Notes: generated by a model from the letters alone, not told the origin. Shown: positions 27,217 through 40,225, counted from the whole stretch's first letter. The stretch: 61,999 bases of DNA, filler included, from Dimargaris cristalligena (GCA_003614675.1; 4 parts of 4 records of this genome joined end to end with filler, not necessarily neighbours in it); one strand, 5' to 3'. Translations and numbers: made by a program.

Positions 27217-28890
27217 TCATTCGGGGGCCTTGGGGGGCAGGTCGCACATGCCGGGGTTGCGGGCACACCAGAGGGGCTGGAGGGGCTCGGCTTTGATACC
27301 ACGGGCGACCAGCCGGAAACGTTGGTCTTGGATCCGCACCAGGGCATCCTTGACGGTGAGGGGCTTGCCGTTGGCCTCCTTACCACTCCACAGTACTTCG
27401 GCGGCGGCAGCGGCACGGGGCCAGAGGACATTGTCCAGGTTGTTAGTGTCGGTCTGTTCGGCCCAAAGGCACACATCGCCGCCGATGACCAGTTTCTGTT
27501 CCGCCGGGGAGGTGATGTTGGCAATGGGATCGTAGCTGTAGACGCGCTGCCAGTGCTTAAAGGGATCGCACCACGAATTACCCTCGGGGTTGTTGCCCAA
27601 CCAGGTACCGTGGCCACAGTCGAGGTACCAGTACTCGTAACTATTGGCCAGGACCTTATGGCCCTTGGCGACGACCTTCTGGACATTTTCGGCGCTCCGC
27701 CACACTTGAACCACAGCTTCTTTGGACAGGGTGGCGTTGAAGTCAAGGATGGCCTCTTCCCACACCATGGGCAGCTTTTTGTTGTCGGTCAGGAACTTGT
27801 GCGCGCGGCCGAGGAACATATCCACCAGCTCGCCGGCCTTCTTCTTGTTCGCCGTAAGGAACTGCTGGATAGATTGGGTGGTCTCCCAGCAGTGGGTGTT
27901 GACTTCGTCCGTGCCCGTGTGGAAATAGTCGTCGCGGAACAGGCCGCTGTATTCATCGATGATTTTCTTGACGAATTTGTAGGTGTCCTCCAGAAGCGGG
28001 TTGAACTGGCCACTGGGCGGTTCGGCGGCAAAGGCATCCCAGCCGGGCTGTTCATTGACGCAGGTCATGATCTGGGGCAGGACGTGGTTCACAACGCTTA
28101 CATGGCCGGGCATATCGAACTCGGGGATGACCCGGATACCGCGGACGCGGGCGTACTGGATGATATCCTTGACTTCCCGGTGGGAGTAGGTCATGGACGG
28201 GCTGTAGGCACCCTTCTGGTACAGCTCAGGCATAAACTTGGACTCGATGGGCCAGCTCTGGGCGTCCACGATGTGCCAGTGAAACACGTTGAGTTTGTTG
28301 TAGGACATGGCATCCAGGGTCCGCTTGATGTCCGCTACGGGGAAGAAGTTGCGCGAGGTATCCAACATTAATCCACGATGGGCATAAGCCGGCTTGTCGG
28401 TAATATCCACGGGTAGGCTGCCAATGACCAGAGCACCGGCGCGGGTAGTGTACACCAGTTGACTAAGGGTTTCCATACCGCGCAGGGCACCCCATACGGA
28501 CTTGGCCTTAATAGTGGCCTTGGTGGACTGCTCAGGGGTGGGAATCTTGAGGGAGTAGGATTCGTCGTCGTCGAGGGAGGGGTACTTGCCGGAGCAACGG
28601 TCTACCTGGACCTTGACGAGTGCGAGCTGTTCCTGGGGCGCCGCTTCGGTGGCATTATAGAGGGTGGGCGGGTAGAACCCGGCCTGGGTCATGAGGGCCC
28701 GGTAGCGCTGGCTAGCGGCGTCTAGTACAGTGTTCGAACAGCCGCTAAGGTCAAAAGTGAGGTAGGGGGTAACCACAGCCAGCTTGGTACCGAGGGAGGA
28801 CTTATTAGGGGCAGGCCAGAGGTGGGAGTCAACACCCTTGGGGGCGGTGGTTAGAAGTAGCAGACCGGCTAAGGAAGCGATAACCTTCAT
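27217..28890 (-). CDS. Secreted GH20 beta-N-acetylhexosaminidase
   Basis: 557-aa intronless ORF with a signal peptide. Motifs: LWPAP, DESYSL, HRGLMLDTSRNF, NVFHWH, EFDMPGH, HTGTDE (catalytic DE), WYLDCG, LWPRAAAAAEVLW. Confidence 0.95.
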   Translation of the reverse strand: MKVIASLAGLLLLTTAPKGVDSHLWPAPNKSSLGTKLAVVTPYLTFDLSGCSNTVLDAASQRYRALMTQAGFYPPTLYNATEAAPQEQLALVKVQVDRCSGKYPSLDDDESYSLKIPTPEQSTKATIKAKSVWGALRGMETLSQLVYTTRAGALVIGSLPVDITDKPAYAHRGLMLDTSRNFFPVADIKRTLDAMSYNKLNVFHWHIVDAQSWPIESKFMPELYQKGAYSPSMTYSHREVKDIIQYARVRGIRVIPEFDMPGHVSVVNHVLPQIMTCVNEQPGWDAFAAEPPSGQFNPLLEDTYKFVKKIIDEYSGLFRDDYFHTGTDEVNTHCWETTQSIQQFLTANKKKAGELVDMFLGRAHKFLTDNKKLPMVWEEAILDFNATLSKEAVVQVWRSAENVQKVVAKGHKVLANSYEYWYLDCGHGTWLGNNPEGNSWCDPFKHWQRVYSYDPIANITSPAEQKLVIGGDVCLWAEQTDTNNLDNVLWPRAAAAAEVLWSGKEANGKPLTVKDALVRIQDQRFRLVARGIKAEPLQPLWCARNPGMCDLPPKAPE

Positions 28891-30946
28891 AGTGATAATA
28901 AATAGTAGGAAAATCCAATGGAGGGGTTCTTAAAGTACTGGATAGATAAAGGTCAGCGAAGTGAAGCCAGTCAGGTCACCACCATATGTGTCGAAAAAGG
29001 GAGGAAAAGTAAGAAATACCAGTGGGTTGTGAGTGAGTGCGGGATAATTAGACGCAGCGGATGCGGTGTTTATATATCAACATAGCATAAGCATAACCCA
29101 GGAGGGCGTGCAGTTGAGGTTGTCCGCTGCCGACAATCAGGTCGGCGTGGAAAAAGAGATTCGCTTACTTAATGCGCATACAGGGACAGAGACTGTGAGG
29201 GGGGACCGGTGTTGGCCTGTATGCACTAGGGTCGGTGACCCACAACGGCGGGGGTCGGCCCAGGACTCCAGCGGGCAATGGCTGCCTTTGTAGACTTCAG
29301 GAAGGAGGGGCTAGGAGGAAAATGAACGAAGTGGTGGAAAAGACAGACGGTGGCGGGGAAAAGGGGTGAGTGCTGCCATAAAGGAGGGCTATATTCAGCC
29401 CGGTTGTCTTCGCGGTGGGTGATTCAGCATACTTCAGGGGCGGCGGCGAAGAAAGGCAGCAGAACATGTCCTCAATGAAAAGTGCCTTGGGCCGGTTGGA
29501 CATTACCATGTTCTGTCCCCTTTAAACTTCCTTTCAGAATAAAACCCCACTGGTCCAGGGGAAACCCATCAGCCGTCTCGAATAAGGCGGACTCGCCACT
29601 CGTATGAAGTCCGAAAGTAGACTACACAGTTTATGAACACTACTAGCAATAGCCTAGGCTTCACTGTGGGGCCACGGCTATTATACATCGGCAGGGCCAT
29701 GAAATCAAAGCCTAACGAGATTCGGGAGCACTAAACCCTGTGATAGGCATAAAAAAGTAAACAAAAGGCAGTCTGCCATTGGGTCGGTGAAATCTCCTGG
29801 GCCAATGCTATTTAGGAGGCGTATATACGACTAGTTACTTTTTCAGCTCAAAGGCTGGCGGACAGTGGCAACTCCTGCGGACCAAAAGTGCCCCAGGCAT
29901 AGTTGACCCCGACTCCTCTTTAGATTGGCAGCTATTTACGTGGGCCTTGGGTGAGTTGGATAGGGTATTATAGTCCTCCTCTGGACCACCTCCTCATCGG
30001 CGTCGTCCCCATCTCCGAAAGGATTAATCTACTCTTCTTTAAATCGAATCCCCCTCTAGTCGCCTGTCGTCTAACTTTAGACTCTAGAGCATTCCTGTGG
30101 AAATACCTCAACACTGCCAGTAAACCCCTAATGTGATCCTATTCAGGGCTTAGTGATGGCTGAACTGCAACTTGGGCGCTCAAATCTGCCACTATACCTC
30201 CAGTGGTATTTGGACGCTTCTTTTTAATTATCCTATACATTCAGCGACACCCAATTGGCCAGTCGTAACCCGAAGATGAATCAAATATACTTTGGTAAAT
30301 TAACACCAGCTGGCTTATCCACTGTATCTTGGTAAGAACATCTAGCATGTTTTAATACACCCTCCCCTTCCCTCACTTTCCGGCCTTTACTTGGCGGAGT
30401 AGATAGTTTAATGGTTAGCCTAAGAAATCCATGTGTCGTGGCAATACTTGTGGCTATGGGAAATGAGTCTGTGTCAATGGAAACTATTGAATCGCGTCTT
30501 TTACTGCCCCTGTTGTTGCACTTGCGAATGTGCCTATCCCAAGAGTTGCTAACATTTAGTACTACTCTCTACATTTCCCCCAATTTGCCTATTTACACCA
30601 ATATTTCTAATCACGTGATGGTTATCCAGCCATTGCTGCCTGCTCTTTAGGCAATGAAGGGTGGATTGTGAGTGGTTGGATTATCCAATAGTAGTCCCCA
30701 CCTCCCCTCTGGACAAGCCAACAACCTCCTCTCCACCTACAACAATCTCGCCTACTCACTGCCACTGCCACTGTGTGGTGGTGTGGATAGGCAAAGGAGG
30801 GGTTGGCAGACCGCCCCGCTGGGAGGGGAGGCGAACCAGACTAATAAGATAGAAAACAACGCGGAGCGTCGCTGTTTCCTTCTCTTGACCAATTTACTTG
30901 CTTCCTGTATCCAAGTCTACTGTTGGGCCGTGCCGTATACTCCACC

Positions 30947-30973
30947 ATGCCTCTGATTAACAAGAAGAGAAAG
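30947..30973 (+). CDS. RPS3: Probable first exon of 40S ribosomal protein uS3, truncated by the gap
   Basis: CCACCATG start, MPLINKKRK, then a GTATGT donor; resembles the uS3 N-terminus (ISKKRK); upstream pyrimidine tract at ~30873-30890. Only 9 codons are visible. Confidence 0.5.
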
Positions 30974-30986
30974 GTATGTTAACGCT

Positions 30987-31086
30987 NNNNNNNNNNNNNN
31001 NNNNNNNNNNNNNNNNNNNNNNNNNNNNNNTTAATTAATTAANNNNNNNNNNNNNNNNNNNNNNNNNNNNNNNNNNNNNNNNNNNN
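30987..31086. other. Artificial contig spacer
   Basis: N44-TTAATTAATTAA-N44. Confidence 0.97.
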
Positions 31087-32505
31087 TAGAATCTGAATCA
31101 AATGCGAACGAAAAGAGAGTCGGTAATTATATTCTTACCGGTAACACCTGTCTCATCCAACGTGGTGATTTGCTATTCATCTGGATAGAACCTCTCACCT
31201 AATAATCACCTGAATTCGCGGCTCGGCCCGTAAAGCCGAAGGCCCTAGTTAATCAAACGGTCGTATCATAAGCGACGAGGAGTATTGGATAAAGCGGTAA
31301 ACATACCAATGGTCCTAACAGGTAATGGGGAGCCAATAACTCAGTGCCTTGGCCAATGTGGTGGCTACTTTATGGCATGGTTATTGGGTTTTCGGGGTCA
31401 TAAAAACCTTGTAGTACTTTTGAGAAAGACCATAGGGTAACTGATTAGGTATTTATATATTCGGCTGCTGTTGTTACTTCCACCCCGGCGGCTGATGCTA
31501 GCCCTGCCATTAATGACCTAGTAGTATCCGCTCCAGATGGTGATTTGGCCAGGGGCCTAAACAGCCAGGGAACTGGCCAATTAGACACCCCGGCCATCGA
31601 TGAATGACGAACCCACCTACCCGTAGTAGTGAGACTAGCATACGAAGTTCGCCGTTTCACAAGGCCAACTGTAGGTTCCAAGGCCCAGTGGGGCGAACTT
31701 TATGCATTATGTGCACTCCCGCGATAGAATACAATCCGACTATATAAAAAGTGCTCGGCCAAGGTAATATTACTCACTTAGTTTTTTCGCATCCCTACCG
31801 CCGATTTCTTCTCCCGCTCTCTTATATTCACAGTATATTCCCTAATAAAACGCTCATTACATTCGGCAATCCAACATCTCCAACACAATGGGTATTAGCG
31901 AAACCTCTATTTACTCATATTTCCGCGGCCTTAATCTTCACGGGATGTATCGCACGAAGTAAAGCCAGTGAAAAGATGACGCTAACGAGCTCCTGTATGT
32001 TTCCTTCTCTCTAACGGGCCTGGGCTGGGAGTTTGGCGAACAATTATACACTAGTATGTACATTTACGAGGAGTCGAAAAAAAAAACAAGGGTTAGTATA
32101 GAAAACGACAATTGGTTAACCCGTTGCCTTACACAAAGATGGAAACGGAGGGACGGGGTGGTTGTTGCCCAATGTAAGCTGTCCTAGCAGGGTGGTGAGA
32201 CTACAAACGGGTACCTACCAATGTGTGAACATCCACAGTATTATGTGTTGGTGATGATATTACATGTCCAATTAGAGGCATATATTATGCACCATTGTCC
32301 TAGTTGGCTCAAGGTGGTCTGTACCACGCCTACGGTATATATATCGACCGGGCTTTCATCACCAACACCCTACTTCTGTTTTTTTTATCACCTGCATTCA
32401 AGTCAACATTGTCATTACGATATCTAGGACTAATTTTATTCCTCGACCACACTGTGCTCTCATAATCTCGAATTCGCTACCCTACAAAGTCCCCGACACT
32501 ACAAA

Positions 32506-33660
32506 ATGTCAGACTTAAAGCTGTCGGGTGGCATAGTCGCCATAACCTGCCTTTTGTCATTCGCTGTCCCCGTTGCAACGACCGACCAGTATAGTAATAA
32601 CCCAGCCCAGGTAACTGCCGACCCGACTGCTTATGGGGTCGGCGACGTCCATCCAACAAAAGGCCTTGTCTCTTGGGCTCAGTCCCCAGGGAAACCCCGC
32701 TCACCCCCGGTGGACTCAACTGATGACCAATATCACCTAGATATCACATCGGGCCGGACACCTCCACCTCCACCTTCATCTCCATTCCTCCAATCCCAAT
32801 CAGGGGAGGGTATGGCTAGTACCCGTTCCAACCATCAGGCCGTCGAGCTAGTGGCAACATACGGTGACGAGGATTTATCAATTACCACCTACCTGGACTC
32901 CCTGACTCATATCGCTTTTTATCCAGACTCAACCGAAGGAGCCCAAACGGACCACCAGGACCATACCTTTTCCTCGCAAAACTATCCTGCAAATCCCATG
33001 TTCTCCGTCAGCTTCGGGGAATCGGACAATTTATTATCGTACGATAAATCAGAGACAGTCAACAATCGAAAGGGGGAACAGCCGTTTCCCATCACTGCTC
33101 CAGTGAGCTCGATTCGCAAGATACCCAGTAATCAAATACGCCAAGGCTTTGGTGGTGGGGGCCTACATTCGTGCACTCCTAAAAAACTGCGTCCAAAAGC
33201 CTTAACCCTTGAGGAAAGCATAATCACCTGTGCTAAGCTATCCAAAAAGGCATTTTCACAAGGCTACCCCCGGCATATCCAAAAGGAGGGCTCGCTCGAA
33301 CTACGGGAGTTTTTACGTAAATACATGTTCCATGCACGCATGTTTAGTCCAACTGATCACGTCGATCTCGCTGACAATATCAAGAAACTTTCAAAGCTCA
33401 TCAAGATTAATCAGCTCAAGATGGAATCCCCTTCCCTTATCTACGCACTTGAGTGGAACGCCAAACTCCAAACTATAGTTCCGTACTTCTTCACCGGTGA
33501 GCAGGGCTATTTGTGTGAAAAACTCCGGGCTAGTATAGGTAAATTATTGCCTTCCGTTCGATATAGTAGTATACCCATCTTTGGTACTCCTGATGATATG
33601 GAGAAGGCATTTAAAGAGGCCATTGCTGTTTTTATGGCCAATCAAGCCTTCAAGGGGTAA
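32506..33660 (+). CDS. Orphan secreted protein, 384 aa
   Basis: Intronless ORF; hydrophobic N-terminus (IVAITCLLSFAVPVA); disordered S/P/D-rich middle; helical-looking C-terminal ~150 aa. Confidence 0.75.
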   Translation: MSDLKLSGGIVAITCLLSFAVPVATTDQYSNNPAQVTADPTAYGVGDVHPTKGLVSWAQSPGKPRSPPVDSTDDQYHLDITSGRTPPPPPSSPFLQSQSGEGMASTRSNHQAVELVATYGDEDLSITTYLDSLTHIAFYPDSTEGAQTDHQDHTFSSQNYPANPMFSVSFGESDNLLSYDKSETVNNRKGEQPFPITAPVSSIRKIPSNQIRQGFGGGGLHSCTPKKLRPKALTLEESIITCAKLSKKAFSQGYPRHIQKEGSLELREFLRKYMFHARMFSPTDHVDLADNIKKLSKLIKINQLKMESPSLIYALEWNAKLQTIVPYFFTGEQGYLCEKLRASIGKLLPSVRYSSIPIFGTPDDMEKAFKEAIAVFMANQAFKG

Positions 33661-34442
33661 ATATATACGTTATTGCAACGATCTTGCTTTGGATTGATTG
33701 GGAGATTAGTGGCGTCGTTTTTCATACAGTGCAGCGGTCATATGTTTGCACCAATACCTTCAAAGAGTCCATTGAATTTATTTGAGTATAATTGTGCTGC
33801 TGTAGGCAGCTGAGCCAAGGCCGCGTAAGCACCGGAGCTAGTTACCAATCCAAGAAATAGTCATACTTTGGATGGATTCGAGTTCCCCGGACGATTAATG
33901 AGTCGATTCCATGGGAACATCCGGGGATGAAAGCATTATTATATTTCCTTATGCAAACTGATTCTCCTTTCCTTCAGCTTTCCAAATTATACTTCCATTT
34001 ATATTTATGCTTATTATTGACAAGGTTATAGGTTGTCAAAGTTGATGGTAATTTAAACCCATGATGATTGGCTACTTCAAATCATTTTATTATTATTATT
34101 AATGATCCTTTTTTTTATGAGTGGGGCTTGTGATTAACCGGCCTCTGGTGGATTCCTTCTTGGAATTGCACCATCTAACTACATATTATGAACTATTTTT
34201 ATTAATTATATCCATATCCAATGTGAGTGAGGACTAGGAAGACTGTCTTCTAACCTTCCAATTTTTTATTATTTTACTTCCATTTAGCATATTTACAACC
34301 ATAGTTTAGCCATTAGGTTAGTTTTTCCCCTACCATAGGGTTTTATAACCTATAATTATTGCAGTTAATATCTTTAGCTATAGTTATTTAGTTTGGTTGA
34401 TTTCTTATATATACTCTAGCAGTATCCCCTTAGTTAAAGGGA

Positions 34443-35025
34443 TGTTGCCCAGGTTAACTACTCCTAGCCCATCAAGGGTCCTGAGGATAGGCTTCTAATA
34501 GTAGGTAGGGTGTAGACTTAGCCAAGTGGGCTACTAGTGTTAGGTATAGGCATGGTACTAACTAATAAAGGCTACAGCAGGTATAGGCAAGGGATGTGCA
34601 GTGGGCACACTTACTAGTCAGTATAAGGGTGAGTGAGTGTATATAGAGTTTATTAGGGGTAAATCAGGGGGTAAGAATAAGCTAAGGAGTCTAACTAGTC
34701 CTAATAGGGCTTGGTTATATATATATGGAGATAACTCCAGAAGGAGGTCCCAAGGGAGGAATACTACTAAGGCTAGCAAATAGGTGAATAAGCCAACTAG
34801 ATGGCTACTAGTAACCGAAAGACTCTGATGGTAACTGGAAGAGTCTTTGGATTAGCACTTGAGTAATTAATACAAAGAGGTAGAGTCAAGAAGGGGGAGG
34901 GTTATATAATATAGGATGATCCTATAGTACCAGGAGTGACCATGGGAAGGTTAATATGGTGCTATAAGACCTAATAGGGATAGGCACTAGGACCTCTGGA
35001 TTAAGGAGGATTAAATGGTCTGATA
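34443..35025 (+). mobile_element. Solo LTR, family 1 (copy B, 583 bp)
   Basis: TGTTGCCCAGG...GTCTGATA; full-length alignment to the reverse complement of 46788-47368; almost no CpG. Confidence 0.8.
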
Positions 35026-36423
35026 AAATAAAAGTGTATGAGTAAATATAAAGCCTTATTTATCAACATGAGTAAAAGTAAAAAAAAGGCTAGCAGAGTT
35101 GTTTGGGATACATTCTGCTATGTGTTTTATTGAGTGACTATGAGCTGTAGAGAGAGTTGTGATCTAATAGTGTATATGATGGGAGAAAATTTAGAGTAAA
35201 ATGTGATAGAGATGGGAGCTGCATTTCTAACAATTTATTTATTTACAATATTACCCATTTCACTTATCATGTTCAGTGCTAACTAGCACTATTCAGAATC
35301 CCCACAGAAAACTTCACCCTTCCCCTCACCTTCTGAACTCCAAATCCCCGACAACACAGTTGCCTTGGCCAACCCCCTTGTCCTGATTTCCCCCCCTCCC
35401 AACCAGATAGGTAACTGATGAATCCTCCAGACACTTGGGTTGCTGAGCTATAATTGATATCCGTTAACTGTGTTTACTGAGATTGATCAATTTCTATGAC
35501 TTGTGGGGCTTCTTAGTCAACTATATAATTATGTGATAATGTTTTTCCCAAAATTACCCCCTTCTCCCTGCTATTGTCATCACAATTCTTTAGATAGATT
35601 TGGCAGGACAGTGTGGTTCAAATTATGGTTGGGCAGGAATCATGGATATATGTCACTTTTAAATAGATCCTTAATAGTCTAAAAAAAATAAGGATAATAT
35701 AATGGATTGATGTAAACAGCTCATCTATAGCATAAGCCATGGTTTCAACTACTAAGGGTCCATATGTCAGCCAACTGATGAGGTTATTTTGAATAGCCCC
35801 TCGGATTAAATTCTCTAACCAAGGAGCTTACCCCTTACTCGGACTCCTGTAGTAAAGTAATTGTGCTCGGTTCATTAAGTATACAAGATGTTTAATTGAA
35901 GTACACAATCGATATAAAACCGAAAATCCGCAATGGATCAAAAAAAAAAAGCCAGATGAAAAATGACTTACGACTGATGGATAAGCCAACCCCGCCAGGG
36001 GGAATCCGAGACTAGGCATAGTATAGAAGGGGGCTAAAGATAGCAGTGACAGCCGGGAATACTACATATAGTAAAAGGATATGAGTGCTACCATTGGGTA
36101 CTTTGCCCAAGCCATGACCAGTTGACTTGGTAATATATCCATAGGGGTAACCATTCCGGAATACCAGAGTTATAGTCAGATAACCTGGTCAGCAAAAATT
36201 TAAGATTGAATGGAGGTCACAGACATACTCCATACAGTGAGGCAAATCAAGAAACAGCTAAATTCCCGAGTCGGGGAGGAGGAGGTATGAAAAGCGACCA
36301 AGCTTCTTGGTTCAAAAATATCCAAATGGTGAAGTAATGTTACCACATGGTACCGTATGCGAGATTGTGCTCAACGAGGGAGGACGAGAACATCCCGTCG
36401 AAAAATAATAACTGACCCAGTTA

Positions 36424-37266
36424 TCAATTACCGATGGTACAGGTAGTAGGGACAATATCCACGGTACCCTCTGAAACGACCTTATTGAGAGTTTTGTAGT
36501 TAGCCTCGGTCTCGACGTACCAGTCGATTTGGTTATTACCGAAGCTCCAGCCTTCGTCGTCGACTCGCACACAACCATTGTGAGTTTTACCGTTAGGTAA
36601 TTTGACCCCCTTGAGTTTTGCTACTTGCAAGGTGGTGCCACGTTTCATGTCGTTCGCCGCGACGCTGTAGTACGGTACGAGCGTATTGTCTCCACTGCCA
36701 ATGGCCCCGTCCGTCACCTCGAAACACATATAATTGCTGCAGGAGCAACTTCCGAGGTTAATGGTTTTGCCGTTCGCTAGGATGGCGGTTCCCTCCATCT
36801 TAGCCTTATCGGCAAAATCTTTGGTCACGGAAGCCAGTTTCTTTTTGTCGCAGGTGCCCAATACCACGTTGCCGGAGTCGGAACTTTCTTGCTTCTCGGA
36901 CCAGTAGAAGGTGAGCTTGACCGATCGCGACTTGGTATTGGATTTCGAGCTTGATTTGTTATCCGAGGAATTGTCATCGGAATCGCTGTCCTTCGAAGTG
37001 CTCGCTTTCTTGGACTTCGAAGACGACGAGGTGTCGGACTTCTTGGAGGACTTGGATGAAGACGAATCATCGGATGAGTCATCCTTGGAGTCGGATTTTG
37101 AGCCCCGGCGCACTAGGGGAAGGGCTGCGTGGGAATAGGAGCTACCTGCCACCGCCCACTGTCCTACGGAGTAAGCCTCGGTGATTGGAGGGATAGGAAG
37201 CCAAACAGCGGCTAACATAAGCACAGCAACACCCAGCAGAGACATGAATCGATTGGAGTGCACCAT
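36424..37266 (-). CDS. Secreted protein with S/D/K-rich linker and C-terminal 3D (MltA-like double-psi barrel) domain
   Basis: Signal peptide, LVRR dibasic site and low-complexity linker, then LTFYW, KMEGT..LANGKTIN, LVPYYSVAAND, VDDEG, NQIDWY, which match the 3D-domain Asp pattern by eye. Confidence 0.75.
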   Translation of the reverse strand: MVHSNRFMSLLGVAVLMLAAVWLPIPPITEAYSVGQWAVAGSSYSHAALPLVRRGSKSDSKDDSSDDSSSSKSSKKSDTSSSSKSKKASTSKDSDSDDNSSDNKSSSKSNTKSRSVKLTFYWSEKQESSDSGNVVLGTCDKKKLASVTKDFADKAKMEGTAILANGKTINLGSCSCSNYMCFEVTDGAIGSGDNTLVPYYSVAANDMKRGTTLQVAKLKGVKLPNGKTHNGCVRVDDEGWSFGNNQIDWYVETEANYKTLNKVVSEGTVDIVPTTCTIGN

Positions 37267-39077
37267 TCTGGATATTGAAGGAAGTTTTTTGGTGAGCGAT
37301 TAAAAAAAGAGAGAGGAATGTGTAGGGGGGACGACGGACAAACTACTGAACTGAATATATTAAATGACCAGCAAATAATATACTAAAATAACACCTCAAC
37401 CTTAAGGATACTTTAATTCAAACTGATGAAATAATAGAGCTAGTTAAGAGCAAAAAACTAATAGGAAGATTGTGTAGCGGGAGTGGAGAATAGTATCGGA
37501 GGGTTGAGATGTAATCAATAGTTGGCGACGACCGGTAGGAAAAGAGAAGAAGATGTAGAAACTGAAGAACACTTGGATAACCGCTGGTACAGGCCGTATT
37601 TATAAGATTTTCCTAACCACTACCTCAGACAGGGACCCCTTTACTTTGAACTCCCCCTCCTCCCTTGTAGACTTGAGCATTAGTAACCAATATGACCCTA
37701 ACCCTTCTCCCTATAGAGGAAACGGGCATAGTATTACCCGACATGGGGCGTTGTTATTTCAACATTGCTTGGGCACCGGTCCACTTTGACAATCGACAAG
37801 TCCCATTATACAGGCCCGATTATCGATGGCCCGAGTCAACTTCGGTAGGGTGGGGCTCAGTCGAAGTGATCCGCCGTTGCCCTTCCTTAGAGCAAATGAG
37901 CGAATAATTCGCCCTAACCATTGGGCACTCGCCCAATCTATAGCCAATAATTAAAAATCACCCACCCTAGTTTTACCAAGGCAAGAAAAAATCGACTTGG
38001 CGTGGCCGGAACCATATATATCCGATTCTTTCCGAAGGGCTAAGATTGCCGGATTAACGGGTGAATAAATTTCATTAAAAAAATATCAGCGTACAATAGG
38101 GGGGTTGGAAAGGGGGAAGGGGTAAATATTATTCCGCATATTAGAGAGTATACTCTGGAAAGACCAGGGTACCAAATGACTGGATAAAATTAAACATAAC
38201 GAATTGTGAAATAAATATGAGGGAGGTATCCCATGGTCCTGTAATTCGAAATACTCTTTAACGAACAAGCAGTTATATCACCCGCTCTCCCCATTCTCTC
38301 TCCCTCACCCTCTTGCTTCCTCCCTTTTTCTTTCGACAAAAGTTGCATTGCACTATTCGAGAGATTGCATTACTCTGTGTTCCTCGTAGTTGTGCCCCTT
38401 GCTGAAGCTAAATACAATAAGACAGTGTGTGTTAGGCCATACACATTCTCTTTTACTCATGAAGCAGTTCTGCTCTAGACCATCTTTGAAAGTAATGGTA
38501 TTAACGCAGGGTGGCATATCCAGCTTAAAGTGTGGCTGTAACAGTACCTATGAACACTAAATTCAAGGAAAATAAGATGCTATATCTGTGTTAATTCGGA
38601 ACACCGGTTAGGCAATGGATACATAGTAGTGGCAAGTTCCTACAAGAGTTAAATGAACCATACAATATAGTAACGGGTTGTCTTTATAAAACTACTGCAG
38701 AATTTCGTGGCAATAAGCTAAAAGTGTTTTTGTACCAGTGACGTTACTTCTACTTCAGTAGCTGACACTGTCCCTGACAATAACAACAAGGTGGTACTCT
38801 TGCCTGAAGGTGATGTGGCCAAGAGCCTAGATATCCAGGGGACCGGTTATGCATACACCCCTGATGCTGATGAATAATGACCCATTGGAGAATAAAATTA
38901 GGACTAGCATATATAGTTGGCCTCTCCACCAGTTGACCTCAAGGCCCTAAGGCCACCGGGAGTATCATCTACACTCACCAACTTTGATAGTATTGATGTA
39001 TGAGTGAAAGAGAGAGTACAATTAACAGCAGGAAATGGATAGAGAAAAACTAGAGCTTTTTATTAATAATTCATAAT

Positions 39078-39605
39078 TGTTGCCCAGGTTAACCACTCTT
39101 AGTCTATCAAGAGTCCTGAGGACAGGCTTCCAATGGTAAGTGGGGCTTAGGCTTGGCCAAGTGGGCTATTAGTGTTAGGTATAGGCATAGTACTAACTAA
39201 TAAAGGCTAAGTACAGGTATAGGCAAGGGACATGCAGTAGGCATACTTACTAGTCAGTATGAGGGGGAGTAAGTATATATAGGGTTTATTAGGGGTAAAC
39301 TGGGGGTAAGAATAAGTTAAGGAATTTAACTAGTCCCAATAGGGCCTACTTATATATACATAGGGATAACTCCAAAGGGAGGTCCTAAGGGAAGGATACT
39401 ACTAAGACTAGAGGATAAATAAATAAGCTAACCAGATAGTTATTAGTATCCAGAAGACCCTGATGGTAACTAGAAGAGGCTAATAGATTAATACTAGAGA
39501 AATTAATATAAAGAGGTAAGGTCTAGCCATCAGAAAGGGTATATGTTAATAGATGGTACTGGGTGTGACTATGGGAAGGTTAATATGGCACTATAAGGCC
39601 TAATA
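39078..39605 (+). mobile_element. Family-1 LTR (copy C, 3'-truncated)
   Basis: TGTTGCCCAGGTTAACCACTCTTAG...; colinear with copy B up to GGCCTAATA. Confidence 0.8.
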
Positions 39606-40201
39606 CTTATTTACCCTAATCTCTATTATTATTTGGTATATAACCCAGATGTATTATTACTAATGAGTGTAATCTGTCACCTATCCCCAACAACCTGGGA
39701 CAAGTGTGAGGAGTTGCTTGTGCCCACCCACTATCCTCCAACCACCTCCACTGACGTCTTAATCGACAGGCCAATCTAAACAAGTGGCTTTATTTAGAGA
39801 GATATCCTACCCCCAACCAATGCTGATACCAAGGTATATGATTAGAAACCAATTTTATATCCATCGAAACCAGTGCAGTCCGAATAGAGCGCGGTAAAAG
39901 TAATTGGATATACCTTGTACTTTTTTTTAGAAACCGAATAAAAGTCCGAAATGCGGACAATGGTGGGTGAAAATTAAGTAAGAGGTAATGAAGGTGATCC
40001 CAGAATGGGGGGAGTGATTATGAAAAGAAGAAATGAATATCGAGTCAAGAGGAGGATAAGAAGTGCCCTTAAACAACTAAGGCAAACAAGTCGGTAGCTA
40101 GAGCAATGCTGAAGGATCGTCCAGAAGGTTAAGGCCGACATAGCTCCTCCTATCTAAACGCACGCACAAAACTAGAGGAGGATGTGGTAAAAGTGAGATA
40201 C

Positions 40202-40225
40202 ATATATATATATATATATATATAT
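40202..40225. repeat. (AT)n microsatellite just downstream of the CCT5 stop
   Basis: ~12 AT units; similar tracts at ~19834-19850 and ~23561-23580. Confidence 0.9.

Noticed and set aside
27208-28371. Long antisense ORFs (387 aa here, 391 aa at 40315-41490, others over PhoD and the kinesin)
   Set aside because: Shadow ORFs caused by GC-rich codon bias of real genes on the opposite strand.
38390-38880. Coding-like Cys-containing fragments before LTR C
   Set aside because: Multiple stops, no consistent frame and no recognisable family.
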